The notes: generated from the sequence alone by a model not told the origin. Shown: positions 36,180 through 49,021, numbered from the stretch's first letter. The stretch is 64,000 bases of DNA from Podarcis muralis (GCF_964188315.1 NC_135667.1:21638001-21702000), one strand, 5' to 3'. Numbers and translations are program-made.

Positions 36180-36480
36180 CTCTACCCATCTCTCATCTTC
36201 AAATATACAAGCATCCATTGCTGTTCCTACCTGGTTATTTCTGGGTCTGTTCAATAAGAGTCCCGTATTTGACGATTTGCTGCTGCTTTTAAAGAGAAAA
36301 ATCCTCTACACAAAGCTCCCCGATGCATTCTTTCTGTGAGATAGCATTATGTCTTAATCACTCAAAATAAACATATTAGCTTCCTGGTTTCAACAAAGGT
36401 TCGATACCATCTTTTGATTTTTAAATTGTTTAAAACAGCTGTCTGTGAAGGATGTGACTCAACTTGCACAGAGTGATGTT
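36180..36480 (-). promoter_or_regulatory. Conserved upstream non-coding block, copy C (partial)
   Basis: caaatatacaagcatcc..ttcctacctgg..aaataaacatattagcttcctggttt..ggatgtgact matches copies A and B. Confidence 0.5.
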
Positions 36481-37599
36481 TTTGCAAAGGTGGGATTTGA
36501 AAAAGAAGAAGAAAAACTAATGCGGAATGCCTCTGTGTATACACCATGCCTCCCTTCCCTGAAGAGAAACACGTAAAAAAAAAGAGAGAGCCCAAAAAGG
36601 AGGTTAAATAAATAATCACTTGAGAGTTGAATGGTGTCTACAGAATGTAGATTTTAAATGTGAACTGAATCAAATTCCTTGCCTGTTCTGAGTAATAATG
36701 CATGTTATATAATGCATCTAGTAGTAACCTGCTAGATTCAATACTGTTTACCCCCCACAAAACCCCAAATCGAACAGTTTCTATAAATACTAATATGGGA
36801 AATATGTACTGGGATATTTTATAAGCAAACATTATTCCTTATTATTTTGTTCCTGCTGTAGCTGAAATAGATTGACACACTCTCCATTGAAACTAGGGGT
36901 AATGAAGGCCAGAGGTTCCCAAGTCTTCATACGAAAAGAAGAAATCAGCAGATTTTCTGCAGTTTTATTGCTTGAGGTTCTCAAAGTTCTGAGTTGTGCT
37001 TGTTGACTTACAATCATTCAATTAAGAGGCAAACATCCATGGGTTAATGGCTGCCCCACACCAATGTGCCCAGTGCCCAGAGCTGGTCAAATTATTTTAG
37101 CACCAGAGGTAGAAAATTCCACATTTGGCTTAAGGGTTTTGTTGTTGTTGTTGCTAAAATAATAATAACAACAACGTAAAAACCCAAAACTGCCCAAGAG
37201 ATTTGGGAGGCTTTTACTGTATAATTAAAGATACAATCAAACAACAAGCTGTTAGGTCCTTGTCAGCCTTTGAACATAGCAAGGGTCCAGGTGTCACAGC
37301 AATATAAAAATTTTAATAGCCTTAGACAGAGAGGACTTTGTCAGGTTGGAAACAAGCTGGGAGGTTGTTCTACATACCAAACATGATTTAGCCAGATGGA
37401 ATAATAGGTGGTAAATTCTTCTCTCTGTTTTATCTAAGCCCATATACAGGAAACCATTAAAAAACTTCTTAATTTTTATTTTATTTTTGTAAATCCTTTT
37501 GTAGCGCTTGGGTTTATTATAGCCAAGGAAAATATAAATGTTGTGAAATAATTAAACTACAAACACTATTTAAAGGTCATCTTACCGCAACTGAGATTT

Positions 37600-37900
37600 C
37601 CTGTTTTATCCTGAATCTCTCTTCTCAATGTTGGTGCTGCAGATCCAGGAAAAAACCTATGCTACCAGTTATGGTGGGCCTGCCCACCAGTGGCCAAATT
37701 TTGGGACCTGATTTTTCTGAAATTAATTTAATTACAAAACAGTAAGTCTTTTCTATGGGGTGTCTGGGACAGATTGAATAAAGACTGTTGCGACAATACT
37801 CTGGTCAAACACCTACTAGCTGCAGCACAAATGCTTATAGCTAAAAGTTGGAAATATCTGGAGGGGATTAGCAAAGAGACCTGGTACAGACAGTTCTTTT
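37600..37900 (+). mobile_element. Old L1 ORF2 C-terminal fragment
   Basis: QLWWACPPVAKFWDLIF..LLAAAQMLIAKSWK resembles HLWWTCPKIKAFWEMIY..ARILLAKYWK of the intact ORF2. Confidence 0.7.
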
Positions 37901-38826
37901 TTTAAAAAATAGTGATAATGGAAACGAAAAACAACAACAACAACAACAACAACAACCAACCAACCTCTATTAAAAGAGTCCCACTTTTGGGGGGACTCCT
38001 ATGACAGCACTGTATGGCTCAACTGCAAGGGAATTGCAGGCAAAAGAAATGGAAAAGATGGGGCACATAGGTCACGCCCACACTGTACTTTTAAAGCATG
38101 GGGCTCCTGCAAAGGATCATGGGAGCTGGGAATTGTTGCACCATGAGGAGTAAATGATAGGTCCCAGAATTCTTTGACGGAAGCCATATGTCTTAAATGT
38201 GCTTTAAGAATAGTTTAATGGAAATTTAATACTGAAATTGTCAAGGCTGATGGCAAGTACAGTTCAGCTGATAAAACATACCAGCACAGAGATTAAACTG
38301 GCATGCCTGTAATCTCCTCATTCTCACTGACCTACTTTTTACGGTATTACCTCTTAGTCAGTTGTAAGGAGCCTTACTGTAGAGTCAAGATAATAAGAGT
38401 ATTTAAAAAAACAAAAACCTCCATAAGCGATATATGTATTTTATTTTTTTAAAAAATTGTGACAACATGATGTGTCACTCACTGGTGTGACTCATTTTTT
38501 TTCCTGGAAGTCAAGCCTGGGAACTTCTGGTTGAGACAGTTTTTCAGAAACCTGCCACCATCTTTCTCGCACTCACCTTAATGAGGGCAATTCAAGGAAT
38601 TTATTGAACTTACCTTCAGTTTCCTCCAGGGATGGGCAAATCTGTACATTTTGGTTTCTGTCAGTTTCTCACTTTTCCAGTATTAAGTTCAGTTCTCCAC
38701 GTTTTTACATCAGCTTGCATTAAAAAAAAAAATGCCCTCAGGAAAATCCACCAGCATTTTTGTAAGAATTTCTCTTAAAATACATAAAAAAATTCCTTCC
38801 AGTAGCACCTTAGAGATCAACTAAGT

Positions 38827-39511
38827 TTGTTAGACAGCACCTTAAAAAGCAGAGACGTCACCTTGCCAAAAAAGGTCTGTATAGTTAAAGCTATGGTTTT
38901 CCCACTAGTGATATATGGAAGTGAGAGCTGGACCATAAAGAAGGCTGATCACCGAAGAATTGATGCTTTTGAATTACGGTGTTGGAGGAAACTCTTGAGA
39001 GTCCCATGGACTGCAAGAAGATCAAACCTCTCCATTCTTAAGGAAATCAGCCCTGAGTGCTCACTGGAAGGACAGACCGTGAACCTGAGGCTCCAATACT
39101 TTGGCCACCTCATGAGAAGGGAAGACTCCCTGGAAAAGACCCTGATGTTGGGAAAGATGGAGGGCACAAGGAGAAGGGGATGACAGAGGACAAGATGGTT
39201 GGACAGTGTTCTCGAAGCTACCAGCATGAGTTTGACCAAACTGCGGGACGCAGTGGTAGTGGTTCGCGTCTCCGCTCCTCCACATGCAGCTGCTGGGTGA
39301 CCTTGGGCCAGTCACACTTCTGTGAAGTCTCTCAGCCCCACTCACCTCACAGAGTGTTTGTTGTGGGGGAGGAAGGGAAAGGAGAATGTTAGCCGCTTTG
39401 AGACTCCTGAAGGGGAGTGAAAGGCGGGATATCAAATCCAAACTCTTCTTCTTCTTCTTCTTCTCTGGTCCATGGGGTCACAAAGAGTCGGACACAATTA
39501 AACAACAACAA
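38827..39511 (+). mobile_element. RTE-BovB 3' fragment interrupted by a SINE
   Basis: LKSRDVTLPKKVCIVKAMVFPLVIYGSESWTIKKADHRRIDAFELRCWRKLLRVPWTARRSN..LQYFGHLMRR; the BovB tail resumes near 39464. Confidence 0.93.
39254..39463 (+). mobile_element. CORE-type SINE nested in BovB, with (CTT)n tail
   Basis: ctgggtgaccttgggccagtcac core; ends atcaaatccaaactcttcttcttc. Confidence 0.7.
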
Positions 39512-39513
39512 GA

Positions 39514-39690
39514 AGTTTGTTATTGGGATGAGTTTTCGTGTGCATGCACACTTCTTCAGATATCTGAAGCATGCACACAAAAGCTCATACCAATAACAAA
39601 CTTAGTTGGTCTCTAAGGTGCTACTGGAAGGAATTTTTTTATTTTGTTTTGACTACAGCAGACCAGCATGGCTACCTACCTGTAACTAGA
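39514..39690. mobile_element. Penelope-like element terminus with an inverted-repeat junction
   Basis: About 88-nt imperfect palindrome centred on cttcagatatctgaag, then ttagttggtctctaaggtgctac; family assignment is from recall. Confidence 0.5.
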
Positions 39691-39732
39691 TTCTTAAAAT
39701 ACATGTTTGTATGCAATTTGGCCCAATATACC

Positions 39733-39975
39733 TGTTGCAAGTTTCTCCTAGTCAATGAAGACAGACATGGGTTCTTTGAGAAAGGTCTTGTTTATTAAGC
39801 TGTGCAGTGGCTTCAGAGAGATATTTCTCAAAGACTGAGTCCCAAATATAGGTGGGGACTCCTTTATATAGATTGTGACAAACAACATCTATATCAGTCC
39901 TATAGCAAAATGCATGTACAAGCAAGATTATACACCCGTTATACACAACTCTCACCATTCCCTTATCTTGTAACA
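39733..39975 (-). mobile_element. Short solo LTR-like element
   Basis: Minus strand reads TGTTACAAG...CTTGCAACA with inverted termini, TATATAAA and a downstream AATAAA; no TSD found. Confidence 0.5.
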
Positions 39976-41007
39976 CGTGTTACTCTTACTGTTCCAGGAA
40001 CCTTACCCCCCCCCCCCCATCTCTGGCTATGGAGGAATTTACAAAAGACCTTCTGGTAATCTCTCGGGTGAGGGTTGTTGTGACAAATAGATTCTAACTT
40101 CTTCTTCCCTCATACCCAATGTTGTAAAAAACAAACAAACAACTTTCCCATATCTAATGAATTTTTGTATGTTCCCTCCCCCCAAAATATGCATTCTGTG
40201 CACACTTTGCCAGAGTAGTTGCATTTTTGTACACATTGCTTGGTTGGAGAGTTGCATTGCGAAATTCAGAGAAGAATGAATTTTGAAGTACGGGGCTGTG
40301 TTTGGGTTCACCTAGGGACAAAGTGTCCAAGATTTCCACTGCCTTGTTATTATCCCTTGGGAAGGGCTCTCCTGAAGGCAACTTCAGCCCATCTCCCCTC
40401 CTGCTTCTCCAGGCATGTTAACAACCAGTAGCGTAGCCCAACTGGTCTATGCAATTGGGGGAGGGAGGACACAACAAACTCTTGACTGTGTTCAGAAAAC
40501 AGTATGTTGCAGCCCAGAAATGCAAGTGAGCAGTTTATTTCATAGGAGCACATAAAATACGGAAATGGGAGGGGGGAATAGTGAGTATGTAGCTCAACAT
40601 GGAAATGAAGCACTGTGGAATGTTGGTCTAACTGTTCCTACACTGGAACAAATTCAACACAGCTAACCCTATTCTCAACTGCACTGGCAGCTTGTGATGT
40701 AAGTTTATTTATTCATTTGATTCCATCTACAAATCACGTCCCATCAAATACTTCAAAGTGATTTCACAATGCCATATATGAAAACAATCTGGCATATGCA
40801 AACAATTAAAAACAATCTCTAATCCAAATTGCATACAGACTGGGATAAAGAGCCAGGCTGCTGGTTGAAGAGGTCAAGAGCAATGAGGAAGTTGGCAACA
40901 ATCCCGTTCAAAAGGCTCTTGGCCTAGTTGGGTTTTGAATGATTGACAGGGAGCACTGTCTAGACAATTGAATGAGTGCCACGTAGCCAGAGGCTAGAGG
41001 ATGAACA

Positions 41008-41345
41008 GAAGTGTAGAGTTGGAAGGTACTCCGATGGTCATCTAGTCAACCCCCCCGGAAATGCAGGAATCTCAGTTAGACATTACATGACAGATGACCA
41101 TCCAACCTCTGCTTAAAACCTCCAAAGGAGGACAGTTAATTGCCTCTCATGGGAGTCTGTTCCACTGTTGAACAGCTCTTACTATCAGAAAGTTCTTCCT
41201 GGTGTTTGATTGGAATCTCCTTTCTTGTAATTTGAATCCTTTGGTTCAGGTTCTAGCATCCGAAGCAGGAGAAAACAAGCTTGCTACATCCTCCATGCAA
41301 CAGCCCTTTGGATATTTGAAGGTGGCTATCATATCTCCTCTCAGT
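41008..41345 (-). mobile_element. CR1 LINE 3' fragment
   Basis: Same family as 8125-8335 (agagttggaagg..gtcatctagtc..ccatccaacctctgcttaaaacctcc..agaaagttcttcctgg). Confidence 0.8.
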
Positions 41346-42764
41346 TGCTGCGGCAGGGAGACAGGGTTGCCAAAGGGTTGGACAGCAGTTATTTCATCAA
41401 GATTGTGCAGTAGGAAGTTGACCAGTAGGATATGATCCCTCAGCCTGGGCAGAGTGGAGGATGAGAGGAACTGGACAGTTTTAAAGAGACATTAACTTGG
41501 GGTCCAGATCACAAGACAGAGGATGTCTGAGCAGGATGCAGACTGTGGTGTGGGAAGCTTTTTATCCAGCCTTTAACTTGGTGCCCTCCAGATGTTTTGG
41601 AGCAGAGCTTCCACCATCTCTGACCATTGGTCATGGTGACAGGAGCCAATGGGAATTGTGGTCCATGATATTTGGAGAGTTCCTAGTCAGGGACGGCTGC
41701 TTTAATCCTTTGCCCTTTCTGGTCCTGATCAAACCCAGTATCCTGAGCCCTGAAATTTGCAGTAGGAGGAAACAGCTAGTTGATGTTCCTTTCGTTTACT
41801 TAATAACTTTTTAATGATTGCTAAGCGGAAGAAAGGTTCGCATTTATCCTGATGCTGAATTGTTTAATGTTTCTACAAGGAGGGGGCTTAGACTGGTGAG
41901 AACTGGCTCCTGGTGTGAGATGCAGGGATAATTGTACACACTGCCACCCACAAATTCCCACTCATAATTCTGCCAACGGGAATCCACCCAAACCCTCAGG
42001 CTTTTCCAGCGTAGTTTCCCTCTTGAGTCCCCTAATCCTTTCCCCCACTATTAAGTTTAATCCAGGTGGTGACAAGGCTCTTCTTCTATAAACTCATTGT
42101 TACCTCTTCTGGTTCTGTTCCCCACTGCAATATTTATATGGTTGAATGACAGGTGGAGGAGAGGTCTAGGGAGCAGAATACACGTGATGGTTACATGGTG
42201 TACAATATGGGTGGGATCTAGAGGGCTTTGGGTAGCAGGCAGGACTACTGGGTTCTTTCTCCAGCTATCACTCAGTCACCGTGGGGATTTGGTTCTGCAG
42301 CCAGTCCTAGAAGGGGACTTCTAGTGGGTGAGATTGGAGCAGGACCCCTGGGTTCTCTTAAAGGAAACAGGATGCCTAGTGATTGTAAAGGCTAAGAGCC
42401 AGCGTACCCGAATTCTCAGAAGATTTAGCTCATAAAATTTCATAGATTTGTGGTGGGGTCACAAGTGAGTGAAAACAATGTTGTCCGGTGGACTTTAGAC
42501 TCTCTACAATCCAAGTTGGTTCACCATGTTTTTTAGGGAGAAGTAACAGAAAGAGTGAATCGGTTGACACTCTGGAGTTTCCTACCCTACTTTTGGTTGG
42601 ACTCCTGGGTTCTTCTTGTTTTTTGGAGAACATTAGTTCCCTTTCTGTTGGGTATAGCAGCTTCTTAGACTCTTTCGTAAACCTGATTGTCTGCCTGGAG
42701 ATATCTGCTCATCCGGTCCTTCCCTACACTGAGGTTGCCAGACAAGAGGGACAAGGTCTACACC

Positions 42765-42819
42765 ATGGCCACAAAAACAATGGGGTTCTTGTTTCTTCTG
42801 ATGCTGCCCCTGATGAACA
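42765..42819 (+). CDS. Paralogue D exon 1 (signal peptide)
   Basis: Strong Kozak context acaccATGG; MATKTMGFLFLLMLPLMN-A|gtgagt; phase 1. Confidence 0.75.
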
Positions 42820-44156
42820 GTGAGTACAAGAAATAGTTCCTGTCTTTCTCTATACTCTCCCCCTGTATGCTTGATTATTGCACACATCTTCATCCCCATT
42901 CTGACTTTATTTATATGAAACCAAATTCGATACAGTGGGATTTAAAGAAAATACATTTATTAATATGAAACATTTGTAGACCACATTTGTAACACATCAC
43001 AAAGTGGTTAATAGTTAAACATTTTTTAAAGACAAAATAATGAAGCCATTTCAAACAATCAAAATTACCCAAATTACAAAAAAGGCAGAAGAAAATGAGA
43101 CCCAATGGCAACACACCATGTCACTCAAATGCCTGCCAGAAGAGAAGGATGTTACATCCTTTCTGGAGCTATACAGCTGCAAATAAAACCTTTAAAGTGT
43201 GTTTTAAGTGCAATATACAATGTGACACTAGATGGTGATGGTGAGCCTTATGGAGAATTCAGTGTATTTTTAAAAACTTTTTTTTAAAAAAAAGCATCTG
43301 CAGAAAGGTTTTTATATGTGTGTGTGGAATCCCCCTTGGAAAAGGAGTTTGTTAACATTTTATTCAGTATTTGTTTTTCAGCTATGCACATAATTCTTGT
43401 CCAGCGCATCTGAATATATTGAATGCATAGGTGAACAAAACCATCGTGGCACAGAAGCATGGGACACATTTCAAACCTTTCCCATTTATTTTTTTAAAGT
43501 AAATATTTATAACAAAAGAAATAGTTATAACTATTAAGAACAACATTTACAGTAGAGAAGATCTCTTGTGCAAATAAATCTCGAAATACTATACCCTCTT
43601 TATAAAGTCAACAGAAAGGAAATATTTCGGGCACAGTTTGGTGGTGAAGATCAGCTGACTGAGGAACAATATGATTTGGCAAAAGCCCAACCGTGGTGGT
43701 GGAATATCAGCTACAGAGCCATCATGACAGGGATCATTCTCAGGATCGGGGAGGAAAGGGCCATTAAAAACAAACAAACAAACAAACAAACAAACAAACA
43801 AACATGCACCTAGATTGTAAGGGGTTAAAATACCATTAATTCAGAACTTTTAAACAATTTTTCTTTATATATACACACATTATGTGTGTGTTGGCTAGGG
43901 AAACCAGTCATTTAGTACAAATTAAACACCAGAGAAGGTAAATTATCACTGAAACACACTGGCAATGGTTTCCGTACTTTACCCTAAAGTTATCTCTTTT
44001 AAAATACCGTTGTACATCTGATGACTAATTGGAAAATACAACCTAATTCGGTTATATACTGTTGTGTTATGAGATGACACTTGGTGATATGAAAGTCCTG
44101 TCTCTGGTGATATTAAATCAGGGATGAATTAATTAGCAGATGGGGATTGTTACTAG

Positions 44157-44467
44157 CAGCGGTGGAGGAAGCCGCGAGGGCACCTGGGGTGAGGGTGGGG
44201 TGAGGGCGGGGTGCACTGCGGGGCCTCCGAGGCGTCTGCCTGCCTCCTCCCACTCAGCCGCCCTACAGTTGAGGGGGAGGCAGTGGGCGGACCATTTGGG
44301 CAGTGTGGAGCCTGTGGGGGCCCAAGCCACTGCGTCTCTCCCAGGAGAGACGTGTGGCTCGGATGTGCTGCAGGCCCCGCGGTGAGTGCAACCCGGCATT
44401 TTGTCACCCCCCAGTGGTGACACCTGGGGTGGCCTGCACCCACTGCACCCTTCTTCCTCCACCCCTG
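44157..44467. mobile_element. GC-rich hAT-type MITE (inverted relative of 25382-25765)
   Basis: TIRs cagcggtggaggaag / cttcctccacccctg; decayed 8-bp TSD gttactag/gtcactgg. Confidence 0.75.
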
Positions 44468-44611
44468 GTCACTGGACTGTGTAGTGATTAAGCAATGAAT
44501 GAGCAAGTATGATCCTACTGAAAGGGCATTCCTTGTGCTGGGATGTGTCTCTAGCATTTTCCCACGAGCCCCTTAGAATAGGGGAGTGATGTTTTTAACC
44601 AGGGTTGTGGG

Positions 44612-44624
<13 letters not shown>

Positions 44625-44664
<40 letters not shown>

Positions 44665-44965
44665 TTATTATTTATACCCCGCCCATCTGGCTGGGTTTCC
44701 CCAGCCACTCTGGGTGGCTCCCAATCAAGTGTTAAAAACAGTACAGCGTTAAATATTAAAAACTTCCCTGAAGTTTGCCTTCAGATGTCTTTTAAAGATA
44801 GGATAGCTGCTTATTTCCTTCACATCTGAAGGGAGGGTGTTCCACAGGATGGGCGCCACTACCGAGAAGACCCTCTGCCTGGTTCCCTGTAACCTCACTT
44901 CTCTCAATGAGGGAACCACCAGAAGGCCCTCGGCGCTGGATCTCAGTGTCTGGGCTAAACGATGG
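44625..44965 (-). mobile_element. L2-clade LINE 3' end with (TAA)n tail
   Basis: LRSSAEGLLVVPS..GTRQRVFSVVAPILWNTLPSDVKEI..FKRHLK. Confidence 0.85.
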
Positions 44966-45979
44966 TACATGGGGGCACAGCTAGGCTCCAGTAGAAAACT
45001 TTATGTTTTCCCAAATCATGGTTGTGTTGAAAGAGTGTTGTGTGATTAGGAGACCATGAATAGATACATGTACATCTGCAGGATTCCCCACCCCCACCCC
45101 CAGTGGAGAGGGGAGTACATGGTGAAGTAAAACACTGAAAGAGGAGAGCAGGCCAAACCCTCACAAAAATGGAAAAGAATAGCGGTGGTACATTTTGTTT
45201 CATATCTTGGTTCTATAGAAACTTATTCCTTTTCTTTTAAATGAAAGCTGGAATCTGGAGTTATATTTATGGGGGTGGGGAGCAAGGAAACTACTCCCTC
45301 CCCTTCTTTGTGGGCACCCATGCATGGATGAAGAGTTCAGATTTTCTTTTTAAAGCACGATGCTGAAGCCTAAAAATGGCCTGGAAGCTACACTCTCAGA
45401 GCTGAAATGCCATTTCCTTGAATGTCGCTGTGCCTGCAATTTGGTGACAGCTGCTCTGCGGTGAGGAAAAGGCACTTTGCATGTTGTCAGGAGAACAGTC
45501 GTCTTCTGATGGCTCTGCTAAGCCCTGGCACTGAAAAGGGATTATGGCAAACTCTGTATGGATGTACATGTGAGAGACTTTCTGCTTCGATGTTTCCAAT
45601 GCTGTCTTAGATACTGCATTGGATGATTTGTTGCAGATATGAATATTGCACAGTTTTGAAGTGACTGGAAGCATAAGAACTGACTCCTTCTGGAATAAAT
45701 TATTATACAGGCCCACAAAAATATTATTCAAAATTTTACTGGCACGACTTTTTAAAATGAAACAGAATACAGTAAGTGATTCCTCCAAAACACCGATGCA
45801 ATGTCTTGTGCTGTCCAGCACAGGCTCAGCATCTTACAAAATATGAAACAATCCAGGCCAAACTAGGAACAAAGGTCTCTCCTTCTCCACAGTCTGCATT
45901 CCAGCCTCCAGGCTGTTTACTCTCCCTTCAGGAGAGCTTCATTTACATCTTCACTCCATTGAGTTTGGGAGACAACAAC

Positions 45980-46145
45980 AACAACTTATTTATACCCTGC
46001 CCATCTGGTTGGGTTTCCCCAGCTACTCTGGGCAGCTCCCAATAAAACATTAAAAACTTCCCTAAACAGGGCTGCCTTCAGATGTTCTCTAAAAGTCAGG
46101 TAGTTGTTTATTTCCTTGACATCTGATGGGAGGGCGTTCCACAGA
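45980..46145 (-). mobile_element. L2-clade LINE 3' end (short)
   Basis: LWNALPSDVKEINNYLTFREHLKAALFREVF. Confidence 0.8.
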
Positions 46146-46862
46146 AAACTCCCTTCAAAATGGAAATTTTGCAACCTAATACCTCTCACATGATCTAAGG
46201 TTACAACACCCGCATGTTAACTAGCAGTGGACAACAATCCATTAGTAAATCATTAACTTAGCAAGAGCTCTAAGTGCTCTCCTTGGCTTTAATGTAGCCC
46301 CATGGAAAACCCCATGTTAAACCTTTTCGCCAATACACAGCTAGGCATTCTCACTTCAAACCTTCATTAATACACATACACTTTTCATTTCTGTGTGAAT
46401 TAAATCCATTATACTTAACAGGATTGGTCTGTCCAACCCCTTATGGTTCAGGCCACTTTGAAGCCACATTTTCAGATAGAGGCCTGGCTTGCAGGTTACA
46501 CTTAGCCAAGCAATGAAATGGTACGATGTTGTGAGCATTAACTGTGTTGGGAGCATCAACTGTGGGGTGAATTTGCTACTGCGACAGCGAACGAAAGTCC
46601 AGTGCCTGAAGCAAAACAACCCCCAAATAATAGTTACGTCCCCTCAAAGCAGTAAACTAACTGAGCTACAATCCTCTGCTCTCTATTGGTGCCTCAGAGT
46701 GTTCCCTCAGCCTGTCTCACGCAAGGGCTAATTCTACTTCCCACAGCACAAAAAGCTCTGCAACTCCTGCACATTTTATTTTTTATTCATTTGCCAACAG
46801 GTAACACCTTTGTTTGTAGGAGATAGCTGCAGTTGGAGAGAGAAAGAATGAGATTTGGTTCA

Positions 46863-46880
46863 ACGCTGCCCCCTGATGGA
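46863..46880 (-). promoter_or_regulatory. Candidate CTCF motif in intron 1 of paralogue D
   Basis: Minus strand TCCATCAGGGGGCAGCG is close to the CCACCAGGGGGCGC core consensus. Confidence 0.35.
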
Positions 46881-47572
46881 TAGTTTGCATGCCGGAGCCT
46901 GAGGTGTGGCAGATCCGAAAGCTCACCTTCCCCTCTCACAGCCTCTTTCCAAACACTGTGACTTTAGGATGCAAATACATTATCTAAACATTATGAAAGG
47001 ATAACTTAAGAGATATCTGCAGTGGCTGCCATGAGTGTTATGGGTGTTATGGTGACATTACATTTTTTTGAGGGGTGTGTGCAAGGCTCCCCAAAACAGA
47101 GTGCAAAGGGATTACATGACATCACAGATATGGCACGAGCAAAGGGCAAGCAAGCAAGTGGACAGTATTGCTATAAGCCTCATCAATGAGGCAGCCAGCA
47201 GAGGCAGCTCATTGCAATAGTGCACTTTGAAGCCTTCCAGTGCAATCGGATACACGCTTACTTAGATGCAGGTCTCGTTGAGTCTATGCACACACCATAC
47301 ATCTAAAGCACATTCCCACCTCCCAAGAATCATGGGGACTGGGGTTTGATAAGGGTGCTGGGAACTGTAGCTCTGTGAAGGGCAAGCTACAGTTTCCAGG
47401 ACCCCCCCTGCCTTCATTTATGCTTACTCCCCAACCCAAGCAAGTGTGCACAGGACTACAGCCTCAGAGTTTGGAGGATTTTTGAAAAATAAAAAGATAC
47501 ATCCTCTTCCCAATGCTAATAATAATTTACTTCTTTCTCCCTCCACCCCCCTTTCCCGAATTCTTTCCCCAG

Positions 47573-47593
47573 GGGCAGATGAATTGTTTTCAG
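47573..47593 (+). CDS. Paralogue D exon 2 (21-nt micro-exon)
   Basis: ttctttccccag|GGGCAGATGAATTGTTTTCAG|gtaaga; encodes (R)ADELFS; same size and phase as in B and C. Confidence 0.8.
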
Positions 47594-47729
47594 GTAAGAA
47601 TGTCACCCGTGCAATACAAAGCAAACTAGCCACCTGGGCTCTGTCCTCAGCTTCAGCTTCAGAGTGGGTTCCTCAGTTTGAGTGGAGGGGAAGCAAGGGG
47701 TGTGTGCCCTGGGAATTATGATCTGTGGA

Positions 47730-48135
47730 TTCTGCAGAGCATGGGTTGGCAAAGTAAGGCCCATGGGCTGGATCAGGCCCAATTGCCCACTGGATCCTGC
47801 CTGCAGACAGTCCTGGAATCACCGCTTGGATCATTCGGGCTGTGCCATTTTTTTGCATTGGGGGGGCACCATTCCCCCCCCTCCCTCACACACACTGCGG
47901 CGGCACCTTCTCCCTCCCTCCTCCTGGCTTCTCCTCGCCCTGCAGAGGAAGGGAACTGGGCTTTGATTGGTGCCAGCCAATCCGAAGCCTCGCTGCCTCT
48001 CTGTCCATGGCCGCACTGTGGGCATCGTGATGGGCTGGAGCTTGGCATGCCTGCTGGCCCCATGCCTGGCGCCTGGGAGAACTGGCCCAGAAAGGAGAGG
48101 TGCCGCCGCTGGCTCCCAACCACAGGCAGGAGGAA
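47730..48135. mobile_element. hAT (Charlie-like) non-autonomous fragment
   Basis: gggttggcaaagtaaggcccatgggctggatcaggccc start and a GC-rich interior. Confidence 0.45.
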
Positions 48136-48560
48136 ACTGGTTTGCAAAAATGTGTGTATTATGCAAAACTGCATATGAACATATATATTAGGAGACATTT
48201 GCACTATAAGCCTGATGAATTTTCCTGAGTGCTTTCCTTTCTCTGTTAAATCGCAAACCGATGTGTAAATGTGGAGAAGTGAACTTCAATTTCGGAAACA
48301 GTGAAACTGAAACTGACATATTCACAGTCATCCCTGCTACAACATCAGGAGGACCACAGGCTCAAATTCCTACAGTAGAGGTTGGGCATCCTAGTGTAGA
48401 AAGGTAGGGTGACCTAGTACTTTCAGGCAGTTAGAACCCAAACAGATGTGATGTGGGAGATCTGTGATTGACTTTCCTTAACCCTCTCTTTTAAAGCTGG
48501 TGTGGGGAGCCCTGATTTTGACAGAAGCAATGACATTGGGATCAAGCCTAATAGCTATTT

Positions 48561-48561
<1 letters not shown>

Positions 48562-48635
<74 letters not shown>
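48562..48635. repeat. Compound microsatellite (GT)n(GA)n
   Basis: Seen directly in the sequence. Confidence 0.95.
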
Positions 48636-48641
<6 letters not shown>

Positions 48642-48861
48642 GAAGGGAGATTTAGAACATGAAAAAGGATGCTAAAATACATGACGCCTCCCATACGTAT
48701 TATTAAGCAAAGAAGGAAAAGAAAATAAGATAATCTCGCCATGTTTGCTTTAGCTCCCAGGAGCTAAAATATCACCAACGCTTGGCAAAGAAACAATCAA
48801 AGTGCACTTTTCCAGCTGTGTTGTGATCTATGCATTTTCGTGTTCTTCTTTCCTCTTCAAG

Positions 48862-49021
48862 TCTGTGGTCAACCAGTGTTGTCTGACCGAATTGTGGGCG
48901 GCCAAGCCTCACAGATTGGAGCCTGGCCATGGCAGGTCAGTGTCGGCTGGAAGGGGAGGCATTTTTGCAGTGGGTCCCTCGTGGCACAACAGTGGGTTGT
49001 GTCAGCCGCTCACTGCTTTAG
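48862..49021 (+). CDS. Paralogue D exon 3 (activation site and catalytic His)
   Basis: ctcttcaag|[46 protein letters not shown]|gtaagt; 160 nt. Confidence 0.95.

Noticed and set aside
41868-42463. Possible solo LTR upstream of D exon 1, or an RT-like peptide LPKKHGEPTWIV at 42430-42633
   Set aside because: TATA-like and ATTAAA motifs exist on the minus strand, but I could not define ends or a TSD, and the RT resemblance is too short
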